DNA of 64,000 bases, from IMG/VR virus record IMGVR_UViG_3300036446_000021; one strand, written 5' to 3'. Made by a program: the position numbers and the translations under genes. The stretch comes from a virus. Below, piece by piece: positions 18,716 to 28,055 of this stretch. The stretch's first letter is position 1. Each line of letters starts with the position of its first letter. The notes beneath the pieces were generated by a model, which saw only the letters and a program-made list of their open reading frames with translations, was not told the DNA's origin and did no database searches.

Positions 18716-21105
18716 ACCTGCAACGGTACTTTTAGTACGGAAACAGGTATCCGTAGATAGCGACCCAGAGTGAGTTGCATCCCCTCACAATCCACGCGCC
18801 CAGGACTAAGCTTTTCGCTCCAACTGATGTCAAAGATCACAAACAACTGCCCTTTACGCCACAGCATATCGCCTTCCTGGTAGGCAAGGTTGCGGCGCAC
18901 GGTTAGATTCACCACTTCACTCCCCTGAGAGTTGACGATCGCCAGATCACATTCTGCTGCCCTCACACCTCTTTGCAACACAGGCGTAGGGTACGATTCA
19001 CTGCCCTGCTGTGGTTTTAGGTTAGCGTAGCTGCCATACTGCGAGAAGGTATCGCCCAAGTCGCCATAATCTGAACCTTGAACGTTGAGCAGGTACTTGA
19101 TCTTTTGACTGGCTAAAGTATCACTCGTGTTGCCAAGGTTAAAGGTGAATAATTCAGTTGCCGTGTCCGCCCAGGTATGTGGTGAAGGCTTGCCCAGCTT
19201 TTTCTCAGTGATGGATTGCTTCGCCCCCTGCTTATAACCAGTACCCTCACTGTTTTGCGTTGTGGTGGTCAAATCAAAGGCTTCTTTACCCTGGATTGTA
19301 CTGGTGATATTGACCGTCTTCTGCTGAAAGAAAATTTTACCAGTGGTAATAGGCGGCAATGGCTTAGAGGTTGTCGAAGCTGGATCGGGTGCTGTGGTTT
19401 CACTGCGCTCTGTCGTTGTTTCAGTCAAGCAAAAGTAGCTGGGGACTTCGACATCGATCGGGGTGTCCGAAAAAAGGGTGTCCATGCGGGCCAACTCATA
19501 GGTGGTGTTCTTCTCCGTAGGAGCGATGATATTAAATTTGTAAGCCGCAATCTGAGCCGTCAGCGCATCGGCGACGGCACCAGAGGCCGTAAGCCGAGAC
19601 TTAGCCAGTTCAAGCGTCTCTCCGTTCTGCTCCTGCTTTAAGCGACAGGTGCGCGTGCCTGTTTCGGTAATACCTGTCAGATACCCGTATTGGTTGTAGG
19701 TAAAGGTCGTCGTCGTGGACTCGATCGGTATCCAGAAAGCAGCGGGGTTAATGGCGCTGTTATAAATTGCTTGTGTGCCCTGACCAGATACACTAGCGAT
19801 CGCGTACACATCGCTCAACGCAAAGGCAAAACCCCATTTCACTTTGGTGCGGGCAAGCTCCGTATTACTGATAGCGGTGATAAATGATTGCTCTTTCGTG
19901 ATGCCACCGTTGTCAAACGCTAAGCCACTCTCGCGTAATTCTTTGATTTCCGGTGGCGGGATGCTGGGGTTTTGCACCGGATCGTAGTAAGTGTGTCTGC
20001 CCTGCCCTTGCTGAATCTGGCTAAAGTCAAAGTTCAGTACGGTATTCTTGTAAACCTTGACCAGTTGCCGTCCCTGGTAGATGAGTTCTTTTCCTGGCAG
20101 CGATGTTTCTGGTTCATTCAAAATATCGGCTTCGCTCAGGTAATGTTGCGTCGTCTGCCCAAAGGTACGCACCTCAACTGTGTTGGGGCTGCTGAGGAAT
20201 TGAAAGCCATTATCGATTCTGATGTACTCCTGCAAGGCTCCTGCCAGCGTTGTTGTAGCGTTATGCGGTGCATTGGCAGGGATGAAAAATTGGGCACTTG
20301 TTCCGGTCAGTGTTAGCCCAGCACGACTGACAATATCAGTGAGCGGTACATATTGAGCCAGCCTACTTGTCACATTGGGAGGTCGCTGCTTGATCGGCTG
20401 CGCCATCAAATACTGGTATTTGCCTGTAAACGGAATGGTTACAACCATCCGCCCTTCCGGGTACAGGCTCAGGCTTAACTCTTTGAATTTAGGGGCATTG
20501 ACCTCTAACCCCATTTGGTAGAACAGCGCGGGTGTGCGATTCCTGAAGGTGTTGATAATTGCTTCTTTGTCGCGGATCAGCGCATAGTAGGCGATTGTAG
20601 CTGATGGATGTCCTTCAAAACTGCGCTTGTAAGTGACAACCGCTTCACCGATCGCATTTAGTTGCCCATACAGATCAGGGTAAGGCGGGGGTACATAAGC
20701 CGTAGGGATGCGTGTGAGAGGATAACTACCTGCCAACCCAAAGTAGGTGATATGTCCCGGGTTCTCGCCGCTCCTAAGCGTAATGGTGACGCTATTCCCC
20801 GCTTGCACATACTCGCCTGACTGTGGGTTGGTCGCATCGACAGCAGGGGTGTAAGGTGCTGCACCAGGAGCAACGATCGTAGTGGGTGTCGTGCCCGCTG
20901 GTAGTGTCACCGTCACCACTCCAGCGGTGGGCGTCACAGGCAAACTTCCAGAGGTAGCAAGAATGGCATTACCAGCGGTGTAATCGATCGTCGCTAACTT
21001 CGCACCACTGAACGCTGTGCCTGTATTGATGCGCCCCAAAGAAGCCCCACCGCGATCGGGGTAGGGTGTGGAGGGTAGAGAGGAAGCGGCGATCGTCTGC
21101 ACCAT
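18712..21105 (-). CDS. Tail tip/hub-like structural protein
   Basis: 797-aa Thr-rich ORF two genes downstream of the tape measure; assignment by position. Confidence 0.55.
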   Translation of the reverse strand: MVQTIAASSLPSTPYPDRGGASLGRINTGTAFSGAKLATIDYTAGNAILATSGSLPVTPTAGVVTVTLPAGTTPTTIVAPGAAPYTPAVDATNPQSGEYVQAGNSVTITLRSGENPGHITYFGLAGSYPLTRIPTAYVPPPYPDLYGQLNAIGEAVVTYKRSFEGHPSATIAYYALIRDKEAIINTFRNRTPALFYQMGLEVNAPKFKELSLSLYPEGRMVVTIPFTGKYQYLMAQPIKQRPPNVTSRLAQYVPLTDIVSRAGLTLTGTSAQFFIPANAPHNATTTLAGALQEYIRIDNGFQFLSSPNTVEVRTFGQTTQHYLSEADILNEPETSLPGKELIYQGRQLVKVYKNTVLNFDFSQIQQGQGRHTYYDPVQNPSIPPPEIKELRESGLAFDNGGITKEQSFITAISNTELARTKVKWGFAFALSDVYAIASVSGQGTQAIYNSAINPAAFWIPIESTTTTFTYNQYGYLTGITETGTRTCRLKQEQNGETLELAKSRLTASGAVADALTAQIAAYKFNIIAPTEKNTTYELARMDTLFSDTPIDVEVPSYFCLTETTTERSETTAPDPASTTSKPLPPITTGKIFFQQKTVNITSTIQGKEAFDLTTTTQNSEGTGYKQGAKQSITEKKLGKPSPHTWADTATELFTFNLGNTSDTLASQKIKYLLNVQGSDYGDLGDTFSQYGSYANLKPQQGSESYPTPVLQRGVRAAECDLAIVNSQGSEVVNLTVRRNLAYQEGDMLWRKGQLFVIFDISWSEKLSPGRVDCEGMQLTLGRYLRIPVSVLKVPLQV

Positions 21106-21626
21106 CAGTACTGGATCCGTCGCGTAAACTCCTGGAATGTGACCCGCAACCCGCCCGTACTCAATCGCCGCCCAGTGAAACCACTATTGGCAAACATCAG
21201 CGTCCCTGCCTCAACTGCAATCTCAGTAAAGATGCCTTGTCTGACTGTGTACCCCGTTGCATACCGATCGCTCGTCTCCGGTCGCACGTAATCTAATACG
21301 GTAATTGCTTGGATTGTTGTCGGGTCAGCGATCGCTGTGTTCATCAGCGTATTGAGAATGTCCTCAATTTCAACGCGACCATCCGCGATCGTCACTTCAA
21401 AGCCTATCCGTCGCGTTGGTGAGAGGGCAAAGGGCGAGGTAAAACCATCTTTTACCTCGATTTTACCCTCGCTCAACTTTTTGTAAGAGTTTGGCTGCAC
21501 GGATAACTGCAACCAATTGTTAACACTGTCAAACAGGTCGCAGGCACCGGGGAGTGAGCCGAAGGAGCCGTAAGCAGTGACGATTGAGGGCGGACAAGGA
21601 ATGACAATTTGGTTAATTTGCACCAT
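21105..21626 (-). CDS. Distal tail-like protein
   Basis: Directly downstream of the tape measure with 1-nt overlap; assignment by position. Confidence 0.5.
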   Translation of the reverse strand: MVQINQIVIPCPPSIVTAYGSFGSLPGACDLFDSVNNWLQLSVQPNSYKKLSEGKIEVKDGFTSPFALSPTRRIGFEVTIADGRVEIEDILNTLMNTAIADPTTIQAITVLDYVRPETSDRYATGYTVRQGIFTEIAVEAGTLMFANSGFTGRRLSTGGLRVTFQEFTRRIQY

Positions 21627-24600
21627 TAATTAACTCTCCCTAGTACGCCGATCAGATTGTCAGTCATGCGTTTAGTAGCAAGGTCAACCACTTGAGAAGC
21701 ATCAGGCCCCGCGATCGTGTTATTGACCGTTGCTTGAATCGGGCGTGCTTGCCCAGCCTCGATCGTTGCATTCAACTTATCCAAGGTTGACTGTAACTGT
21801 GGGCTGTTGTTGTTGCTAGTGATGGGCGCGATCGCGGTCTGCCCTTTGATCAACCCTGACAACTGCTGTTGCAACGCCAGCACCTGTGGCGACGATACAA
21901 AAGCTGATGGCGCGGCTAGTGGGTTGAGAATACCCGGTAAACCTAAATTGCCTTGCCCTGTGATGGCAGCTTGGCGGATACGATCGGTGTTAATATCTCC
22001 CAGCGATGTCACGCCAAACCCTGAGCCACTTAAGACTTCTTGCTGTAAACGAAACCGAGCTTCCTGCTTGGCCCCGTCATCAGGTAGTGCCTCAATTAAT
22101 GCCGAGCGTGCTTGCTGGGTTTGAGTGCGTTGGGTGATCTGTAGAGCCTGCTGTTGGGCGGCAGCGGTTTGAGCTTCCACGCGTCCGCGATCGTTTAGTT
22201 CAGCACCTTGTAATTGCAGCCCTAGTCCAGCGGCTTGCTTGGCCTGCAGGTTTAATTCAGCGGCTCGAATCGCTTCAGGATTGAGCCTAGCATTAGGATC
22301 AGCTTTCGCTTTAGCAAGGTCAGCAGCAGCCTGTGCTTGATCAGCCTGGTTTTGAATCTGACTAATTCTGTTCTGAATTTTTTCGCGTTCCAACGCAGCG
22401 GCATTTTGCCTTAGCTGAATGTTTAACGTTTGTTGCTCTAGCTGTTGCTGGCGTTGCAGTGCCGCGAATTTCTGAGCAGCAATTAAGAGAGTGGCTGTTT
22501 GTTGATCTTTCTCACTAGCACCTGACTTTTGTAGCAGCGCTAAGGAGCTTTCAGCGAACCCAGTCAGCGCATTTTGTAATCCCTTACGAGCCTCTAGTAG
22601 CTTGTTCTGATTCTCTAACGACTTACTGAGCGCATCCTGTAGCTGTAGCTGTGCTTGAAGTGGTTGTACCTGCCCTTCTGCTGCATTCTTAGCAGCTTGT
22701 GCTTGTCGATCGAGCCTTTCACTAACGACTCTGAAAAGGGCTTCCTGCTGTTCAATTTCATTTTTGACTAAGCTATCAGCCAATTCAGCCGTTCTAATCC
22801 GGCTTGCCCTGATCTTCTGCTGCCTCTCTTCTTCTTTAACCGGGTCAGAAACTTTGGGGAGCTTCTCCAAAGCTGCTGTCTTTTCTTTCTCCAGTTCCAG
22901 CTCTTTGGCGATCGTCTGCCGACTGGTTTGTACCCGCAATAACCCTGCTTCTGACTCACGAATTTGACGAGCAGCAATAAGCTGATCAATCTCAGTATTG
23001 CGACTGATTTCAGACAGTTTGGCAGCATCTTCAGCTTTTTTCTGGGCGCGTTCGACGATCGCTAGCTTTCGGGACTGAAACTGCTCTTCCGCTGCTTCAC
23101 GCTTGCTATTAAGTGCCGCCTCTTGCGCGTCGATCGCTTGCTGTCCCGCTTTATCACCTGGCTTAAGCAGACCGCGTTGTCGTTCAAGTTCTTGCTGCTC
23201 CAACGCAAGACGGCGTTTGGTGATTGCCAGTGATTCATTGGCAAATGCTTCCTCACTCAGCTTGCCGCTGACGCGCTTACCTTCTAAAATTTTGAGTTCA
23301 TTATCAGCAGCGGTCTGTTCGGCCTGGGCGCGTTTGCGGTTACCATCCTCAGAGATCGCGCTTCTCTGCCCTTGTAATTCAGCTTCTTCGCGTCGCAGTG
23401 CTACCAAACGTGGTGAACTGCGTCCGCCAGTTAGCTCAAGTTCACGCTTAATACCTTCAGCATTCAAGGCCAGTTGTTTATCAAGCTCCTCAGCTTTAGC
23501 GACAGTTAGTTGGCGTTCGCCTTCGATTTGGCTCAAGCGCCCCGCTTTAAGGTCGGACTCAATCGTCTTCTCTTTAGTTTTAAGTGTGGCTACTTCTTCG
23601 TCAGCGCCTTTCTGCAAAAGGTCTGTCAACGCTTTCTGTGCCGACAACCTAGTCTTCAGTTCTAGTCCCTGGTTGTTTTGCAACGCTTCCAGATTTTTGG
23701 CGGCTTCACTTCTGGTAATTCGGCCTGCGTCTAACGCTGTTTGTGTAAATTCTTGTACCCGTTTTGCCGCATCTTCAGCTTTCGCAGGATTCAAAAGATC
23801 AGTCTGGGCACCCTTCAAACTTTGGTCGATCAGATCTTTGGTTTTACCTAAATCCTGTAGCGCACGATTACCCAGTCCAACATTAGCCTGACCGCTGAGC
23901 AGTTTAGCGCGTTGCTCTAGTAAGGCAATTTGTACTTTGAGGGCATTTGCTTGTTCCTGGTTTGCTGGTTGCAGCGCTTTCAAATCAGCAATTTGTTGTT
24001 CGATCGACTGTTTAGTACCAGCGGTCAAGCTTAATAATTGTTTTTTTAGTGCAATTTGTTCTTCGGTAAGCTTGCCGCCATTCTTCTCAATGTCATTGAG
24101 TGACTTCAGGCGCTGAGCGTAGTTCAGTGATTCATCAGCTAGCCTATTGGTAGATTCGCTCAGTGTTTCGATCGCGTCATTCACCGCTGCCAACTTGACT
24201 GCTTCAAACCCTGTCACAATCAACGCTAACGCAGCGGCTAGGGCGACCAAAGGTGCTGCTGCTAAAGCTGCACTGAGCGCCACGGCCCCTAGACCTGCGG
24301 CTGTGGGTGTCAATAGCCCGATCAGGAGTGGTAGCGCTGTAGAAACGGCTGTAATCGCGCCGACAGCGCTACTCACAACCGCAACGACCGCTAAAATTGT
24401 TGGTACCAAAGGCGCAACGATCGCGGCTAACAGCCCGATTTGTAGTAATAATCGCCCAATATCCGTACTAGCAAAACTGGCAAAGACTTTGGCGAGTTCG
24501 CCCACGATCGACAGCAAAGGCGCGATCGCGGTAGCTGTGGCAACAAAAGCATCAGCGAGGCTATTGAGGATACCGCCTAGCGATTCGCCGCCAGCCTTCA

Positions 24601-25990
24601 AAACACTGCCCAGTGCTTCTCCTAGTGGTTGTAAAGCTTTAACCAGGATACTGCCTGCGGTTTGCACTTTTTCAGAGATGCCAACTGCGAAATCAGCGAC
24701 ACTGGTCAGCAGCTTTTCAAGTTCTGGCTGAGCTTTCTGGAGGCTGATGAGAATTCGATTCAGTGGTTCAAGGATAGCATCTAGGATCGGTGCCCCCGCT
24801 TTCTGCGTGACGACCTCAAAGACCTCTTGCACGTTTGAAGTTAGTCCGGCGAAGCCTCTAGCCGCTAATTCCTGCCCTGCTACTAGCGCCTTTGTGCGTT
24901 GGTCAATGTACTCGTACAACCTGCCTTGAGCAATGAGCGATCGCGCCTTTTCGTTATTCAATTCCAGCGTTTTCGCCAGTGTGTTAAAGGTCGGATCGAT
25001 TTGTAGGTTCGCAATCTGCGCGATGTATGTCTGTGCCTGCCCCAGTGGTAAACCTAGCGTGGTAGCAGAGGCATTGAGTTTGATGGTGACTTTTTCGGCT
25101 TGCTCCAGGTTGATACCCAAGGCGTTTGCCTGCTGCGCAACTAGCTTAAACGACTCCACCAGTTCGGAAGACGTGATGCCGCTAAGCTGTAGTGAATCAA
25201 GGCGGATTTGATCAATTTGGCGTTGTACTTCTGGTAGGACGGTTTGGATTGCTTTCACCGGATCGGTGACATTCTCGCCACCGATCGACACTTGCTGTAC
25301 GTTCGCTAGCAGAGCTGACAAACCCAATGTCTGCTCTCTGAGTCTGACGTTTTGACCAATTAGCAAGTTAAACGCTTGTCCGCCAGTTTGTGCTAGTCGT
25401 TGGGCGGCATTGGTGGCCTCGTTAAAAGCAAAAGCCACCCCTGCGATCGGTGTTTTAGCTAAATTAGCCAGATCGCCAAGACTACTGAACAACCCCTCCA
25501 CAGGTTTTGTCTTTTCTTCAAGTGACTGTGTTCTTAACGCTGCTGCTTGCGCTCGTGACTGCGCTGCTGCTGCATTGGCTGTTGCCTGGATCGCCCTTGC
25601 CTTTTCCGTTTCCAGCTTCACCGCTTGCTGGTCAACCTGGATCGCTTCTTTCTGTGTTTTCAGTCGTTCAGTTTCGGTTCTTGCTGCCTGTTGACTAGTT
25701 TTCTCTTGTTCGGCAGTGGCTTTAGCTAATTGCTGCGCAGCCTTGGCAGTCTCAGCCGCAACTTTCGCCCCTTCCTTCGCTGCTCGATTCTGTTCTGTCG
25801 TCTGGTTCAGTTTCTGAAACTCTTGAGCAAGCTGGCGAATGGAGTCGATCGCGCCGCCAAACGTGAACGGGGTAGTGGCGATCGCGTTAATCTGCGTTTG
25901 AATTTGACTCAAGGATTCAATTCCTTGAGTCGATATTTGCAAAATAAGATCTAAAGTTCTTGAGCTTGCCAAGCTCGAATTCCCTGTCAA
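21626..25990 (-). CDS. Tail tape measure protein
   Basis: 1454 aa, Ala/Gln/Leu-rich helical, central hydrophobic stretch (LLLQIGLLAAIVAPLVPTILAVV), long coiled coils; downstream of tube and chaperone genes. Confidence 0.88.
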   Translation of the reverse strand: MTGNSSLASSRTLDLILQISTQGIESLSQIQTQINAIATTPFTFGGAIDSIRQLAQEFQKLNQTTEQNRAAKEGAKVAAETAKAAQQLAKATAEQEKTSQQAARTETERLKTQKEAIQVDQQAVKLETEKARAIQATANAAAAQSRAQAAALRTQSLEEKTKPVEGLFSSLGDLANLAKTPIAGVAFAFNEATNAAQRLAQTGGQAFNLLIGQNVRLREQTLGLSALLANVQQVSIGGENVTDPVKAIQTVLPEVQRQIDQIRLDSLQLSGITSSELVESFKLVAQQANALGINLEQAEKVTIKLNASATTLGLPLGQAQTYIAQIANLQIDPTFNTLAKTLELNNEKARSLIAQGRLYEYIDQRTKALVAGQELAARGFAGLTSNVQEVFEVVTQKAGAPILDAILEPLNRILISLQKAQPELEKLLTSVADFAVGISEKVQTAGSILVKALQPLGEALGSVLKAGGESLGGILNSLADAFVATATAIAPLLSIVGELAKVFASFASTDIGRLLLQIGLLAAIVAPLVPTILAVVAVVSSAVGAITAVSTALPLLIGLLTPTAAGLGAVALSAALAAAPLVALAAALALIVTGFEAVKLAAVNDAIETLSESTNRLADESLNYAQRLKSLNDIEKNGGKLTEEQIALKKQLLSLTAGTKQSIEQQIADLKALQPANQEQANALKVQIALLEQRAKLLSGQANVGLGNRALQDLGKTKDLIDQSLKGAQTDLLNPAKAEDAAKRVQEFTQTALDAGRITRSEAAKNLEALQNNQGLELKTRLSAQKALTDLLQKGADEEVATLKTKEKTIESDLKAGRLSQIEGERQLTVAKAEELDKQLALNAEGIKRELELTGGRSSPRLVALRREEAELQGQRSAISEDGNRKRAQAEQTAADNELKILEGKRVSGKLSEEAFANESLAITKRRLALEQQELERQRGLLKPGDKAGQQAIDAQEAALNSKREAAEEQFQSRKLAIVERAQKKAEDAAKLSEISRNTEIDQLIAARQIRESEAGLLRVQTSRQTIAKELELEKEKTAALEKLPKVSDPVKEEERQQKIRASRIRTAELADSLVKNEIEQQEALFRVVSERLDRQAQAAKNAAEGQVQPLQAQLQLQDALSKSLENQNKLLEARKGLQNALTGFAESSLALLQKSGASEKDQQTATLLIAAQKFAALQRQQQLEQQTLNIQLRQNAAALEREKIQNRISQIQNQADQAQAAADLAKAKADPNARLNPEAIRAAELNLQAKQAAGLGLQLQGAELNDRGRVEAQTAAAQQQALQITQRTQTQQARSALIEALPDDGAKQEARFRLQQEVLSGSGFGVTSLGDINTDRIRQAAITGQGNLGLPGILNPLAAPSAFVSSPQVLALQQQLSGLIKGQTAIAPITSNNNSPQLQSTLDKLNATIEAGQARPIQATVNNTIAGPDASQVVDLATKRMTDNLIGVLGRVN

Positions 25991-26026
25991 GACTACAATA
26001 GACGAGGGAAATTAGAATCTTCTCAA

Positions 26027-26058
26027 TTATGCCCTCTAGATTGCTCTAGAGGGCATAA
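26027..26058. terminator. Perfect 14-bp inverted repeat (terminator, RNA end stem or operator)
   Basis: TTATGCCCTCTAGA-ttgc-TCTAGAGGGCATAA. Confidence 0.7.
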
Positions 26059-26064
26059 CTTTTA

Positions 26065-26173
26065 CTGCCATAATAAACCGCACCTCAGCGCACCCCGCCT
26101 GACCACTACGCACCACAACTTGCCAGGTCATACCAAACCCAACAAACCTCGTCCTACCTGATATCGCCATGCC
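26065..26173 (-). repeat. GGY-NN pentamer array 2, putative guide-type ncRNA
   Basis: Minus strand: GGCAT GGCGA TATCA GGTAG GACGA GGTTT GTTG GGTTT GGTAT GACCT GGCAA GTTGT GGTGC GTAGT GGTCA GGCGG GGTGC GCTGA GGTGC GGTTT ATTAT GGCAG; 14 of 21 pentamers start with exact GGY; one 4-nt unit shifts the register. Confidence 0.85.
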
Positions 26174-26206
26174 ACAAATATCAGTATGGCTTTTTATAGT
26201 CCATGG

Positions 26207-27316
26207 TTATTCAAAACTTTGGCATCTTGAACTTGGAAGTAAACGGAAACCATAGATTCCCGCCAACCCTAGATATTCAAGATTCTTGGAAGCATTAAAA
26301 TCAGCATGGTCAGCATGATTGCAATTCACGCACAAGAATCTATCGCCTCTACGGTTTCGCCTGTCCCACTTGCCACAAGCGTAGCAGCGCTGCGAAGTCT
26401 TCCAGGGGTCTTTGCGTTGAACCTCAATCCCCTTAACTTCACAATGGCGCTGCAACAAACTTGCAGCATAGGCATACAGCCAATGAGACAACCGCCTGTT
26501 AAACCTGCGAGAGAACGTCCCTCGTTTGCCAGATTTAACTTTCTTCAAATCTTCAATGACAAGCACTTTGATCTGAGAGAAATCTATTTGCTTAATCGCC
26601 TGACCCAGCCAGGATTTAATCTCTGCTCTGGTGTGTTTTTGGCGCTTTGCAAAGCCTTGAATCAGATGGTACAACTCGGTGCCTACGTTCTGCCCATCCG
26701 AGAATACCAATCCATTTTTATAGTTAGAGTCCATCCCCACTACCCGTCCTTCAGTCTTGGGTGTAGGTCGTTTTTTCTCCAGCAGAAGGTCGATAAAAAG
26801 TCTGCCTTTCCTCATCCCCAGTCGAATTGTTTGCCGCAAGTTCCAACCATCCGCCAGCTTCTCATTCAGCGGCTTAGTCGATGGAATCGGAACGGTCAAC
26901 CCTTTGGGAGCGCCAGAGCCAGTGAAGCGAACTGCCCAATTAAAGCCATTCCCTCGAAATGGCTCAACGCTAACGAAGTGATAGAACAATGTCACGACTT
27001 GGCGCTGCAAATTGGGCTTACGCTTCTTAATCCTCTTACGCTGACTGGCAACGACTTCACCGCCCTGTTTTGCCAAAGCCTGACTCAATCGAGTCGTCGC
27101 CCCGAACCGCTTCACAGCACGGTGAGCGGTAGACAAATCAGCCAGCTTGCCGCGAAAGTCTTGCCGCCGCCAATACAGGTCAACGAAGTACTGCATGATG
27201 TCATGGCAGCGATGCAGGAAGGCTTTCAAAACCTCTTGCTTTCCTTGATTCAGGTCATTCAGATAAACCCGATACGACCGAGACATCATTCCTTTGTCAC
27301 GCCGCGCTGCCATCAC
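26207..27316 (-). CDS. tnpB: IS607-associated TnpB RNA-guided nuclease
   Basis: VVGMDSN (RuvC-I), VIEDLKKV (RuvC-II), TSQRCYACG and CVNCNH zinc finger, HADFNASKN (RuvC-III); alternative start ATG 27289. Confidence 0.88.
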   Translation of the reverse strand: MMAARRDKGMMSRSYRVYLNDLNQGKQEVLKAFLHRCHDIMQYFVDLYWRRQDFRGKLADLSTAHRAVKRFGATTRLSQALAKQGGEVVASQRKRIKKRKPNLQRQVVTLFYHFVSVEPFRGNGFNWAVRFTGSGAPKGLTVPIPSTKPLNEKLADGWNLRQTIRLGMRKGRLFIDLLLEKKRPTPKTEGRVVGMDSNYKNGLVFSDGQNVGTELYHLIQGFAKRQKHTRAEIKSWLGQAIKQIDFSQIKVLVIEDLKKVKSGKRGTFSRRFNRRLSHWLYAYAASLLQRHCEVKGIEVQRKDPWKTSQRCYACGKWDRRNRRGDRFLCVNCNHADHADFNASKNLEYLGLAGIYGFRLLPSSRCQSFE

Positions 27317-27909
27317 TCCGTCTCCTCAATCGCTTTGATTGCAGCCTCAGTCTTTTTACGTCCTCTGCGTTGCCCATACAACCTTGCTGCAAAGCTCGTA
27401 ATCACAGCTACCAAATCTTCCATCAAATCATGGGTGCAATTATCTGAAAGGTTCACCACTTCGATTTTGAATGGGCAAAGAGACTCAAACCAACGGAATC
27501 CAAAGCGGGTTAAGCGGTCTTTATTTTCAATCAGGAGTACGTCAAAGTTTTGGTCTTTCAATAGTTTGTGGAGCTTTTTGCGATCGTCATTCATCCCAGA
27601 GGCAAACTCTTTCGTTGTCGAAATGATTTGGTATCCCTTGGCGATGGCGTACCGGGTTAAGCCGTCTACCTGCGAGTCCATTGCCGCTTTATTTTCAGAT
27701 GACGACTCTCTGGCATATAGGGCGCATTTAACCCCGCTACTGGCAGGGGCTTCACCTAGCTGCTCTGCCAGCCAATATCCAGGAATAAAAACATGCCCTG
27801 ATTCAGATTTAAGGCTAGGCGCTTTCCCTGCATACACCCACCGTCTGAGTGTCCATGGGTTTACGCCTAGCATCTTTGCCGCTTTAGTAAGCTTGTACCT
27901 TTGCTCCAT
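27313..27909 (-). CDS. tnpA: IS607-family transposase TnpA (MerR-like HTH + serine recombinase)
   Basis: AAKMLGVNPWTLRRW, ALYARESS, FASGMN, ENKDRLTRFGF, DLMEDLVAVITSFAARLYGQR. Confidence 0.93.
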   Translation of the reverse strand: MEQRYKLTKAAKMLGVNPWTLRRWVYAGKAPSLKSESGHVFIPGYWLAEQLGEAPASSGVKCALYARESSSENKAAMDSQVDGLTRYAIAKGYQIISTTKEFASGMNDDRKKLHKLLKDQNFDVLLIENKDRLTRFGFRWFESLCPFKIEVVNLSDNCTHDLMEDLVAVITSFAARLYGQRRGRKKTEAAIKAIEETE

Positions 27910-27957
27910 ACCTCAAAGTATAGCAAAGAAAGTCAAAGTTATGGAGAATTAGTTATC

Positions 27958-28047
27958 ATGCCAAGTCTTAACTCAGCAAACCCGACCCAACCAGATCTCG
28001 TCAAACCGGATTTGACCCTGGCAAACCGTACCGAACCTTGCCAAACC
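27958..28047 (-). repeat. GGY-NN pentamer array 1, putative guide-type ncRNA
   Basis: Minus strand, 18 in-phase units: GGTTT GGCAA GGTTC GGTAC GGTTT GCCAG GGTCA AATCC GGTTT GACGA GATCT GGTTG GGTCG GGTTT GCTGA GTTAA GACTT GGCAT; 17/18 start with G, 18/18 have a pyrimidine at position 3, 11/18 exact GGY; bracketed by TGATAACT copies exactly 100 nt apart (27951-27958, 28051-28058). Confidence 0.9.
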
Positions 28048-28055
28048 TCAAGTTA

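Larger units (their letters stand above)
26203..27944 (-). mobile_element. IS607-family insertion sequence (tnpA + tnpB)
   Basis: Serine-recombinase TnpA plus TnpB; ATGG present at both inferred junctions (26203-26206 and 27941-27944); CTTTG repeats upstream of tnpA; exact ends are inferred. Confidence 0.8.

Noticed and set aside
21807-25954. Several plus-strand ORFs of 60-260 aa
   Set aside because: Antisense to the tape measure gene; Ser/Ala/Cys-rich composition typical of reverse-frame artefacts
26306-27952. 548-aa plus-strand ORF
   Set aside because: Antisense shadow of the IS607 tnpA and tnpB genes; no protein-like motifs
26065-28047. Canonical CRISPR array next to the Cas7-like gene
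   Set aside because: No 25-45 nt identical repeats with unique spacers; the periodicity is 5 nt
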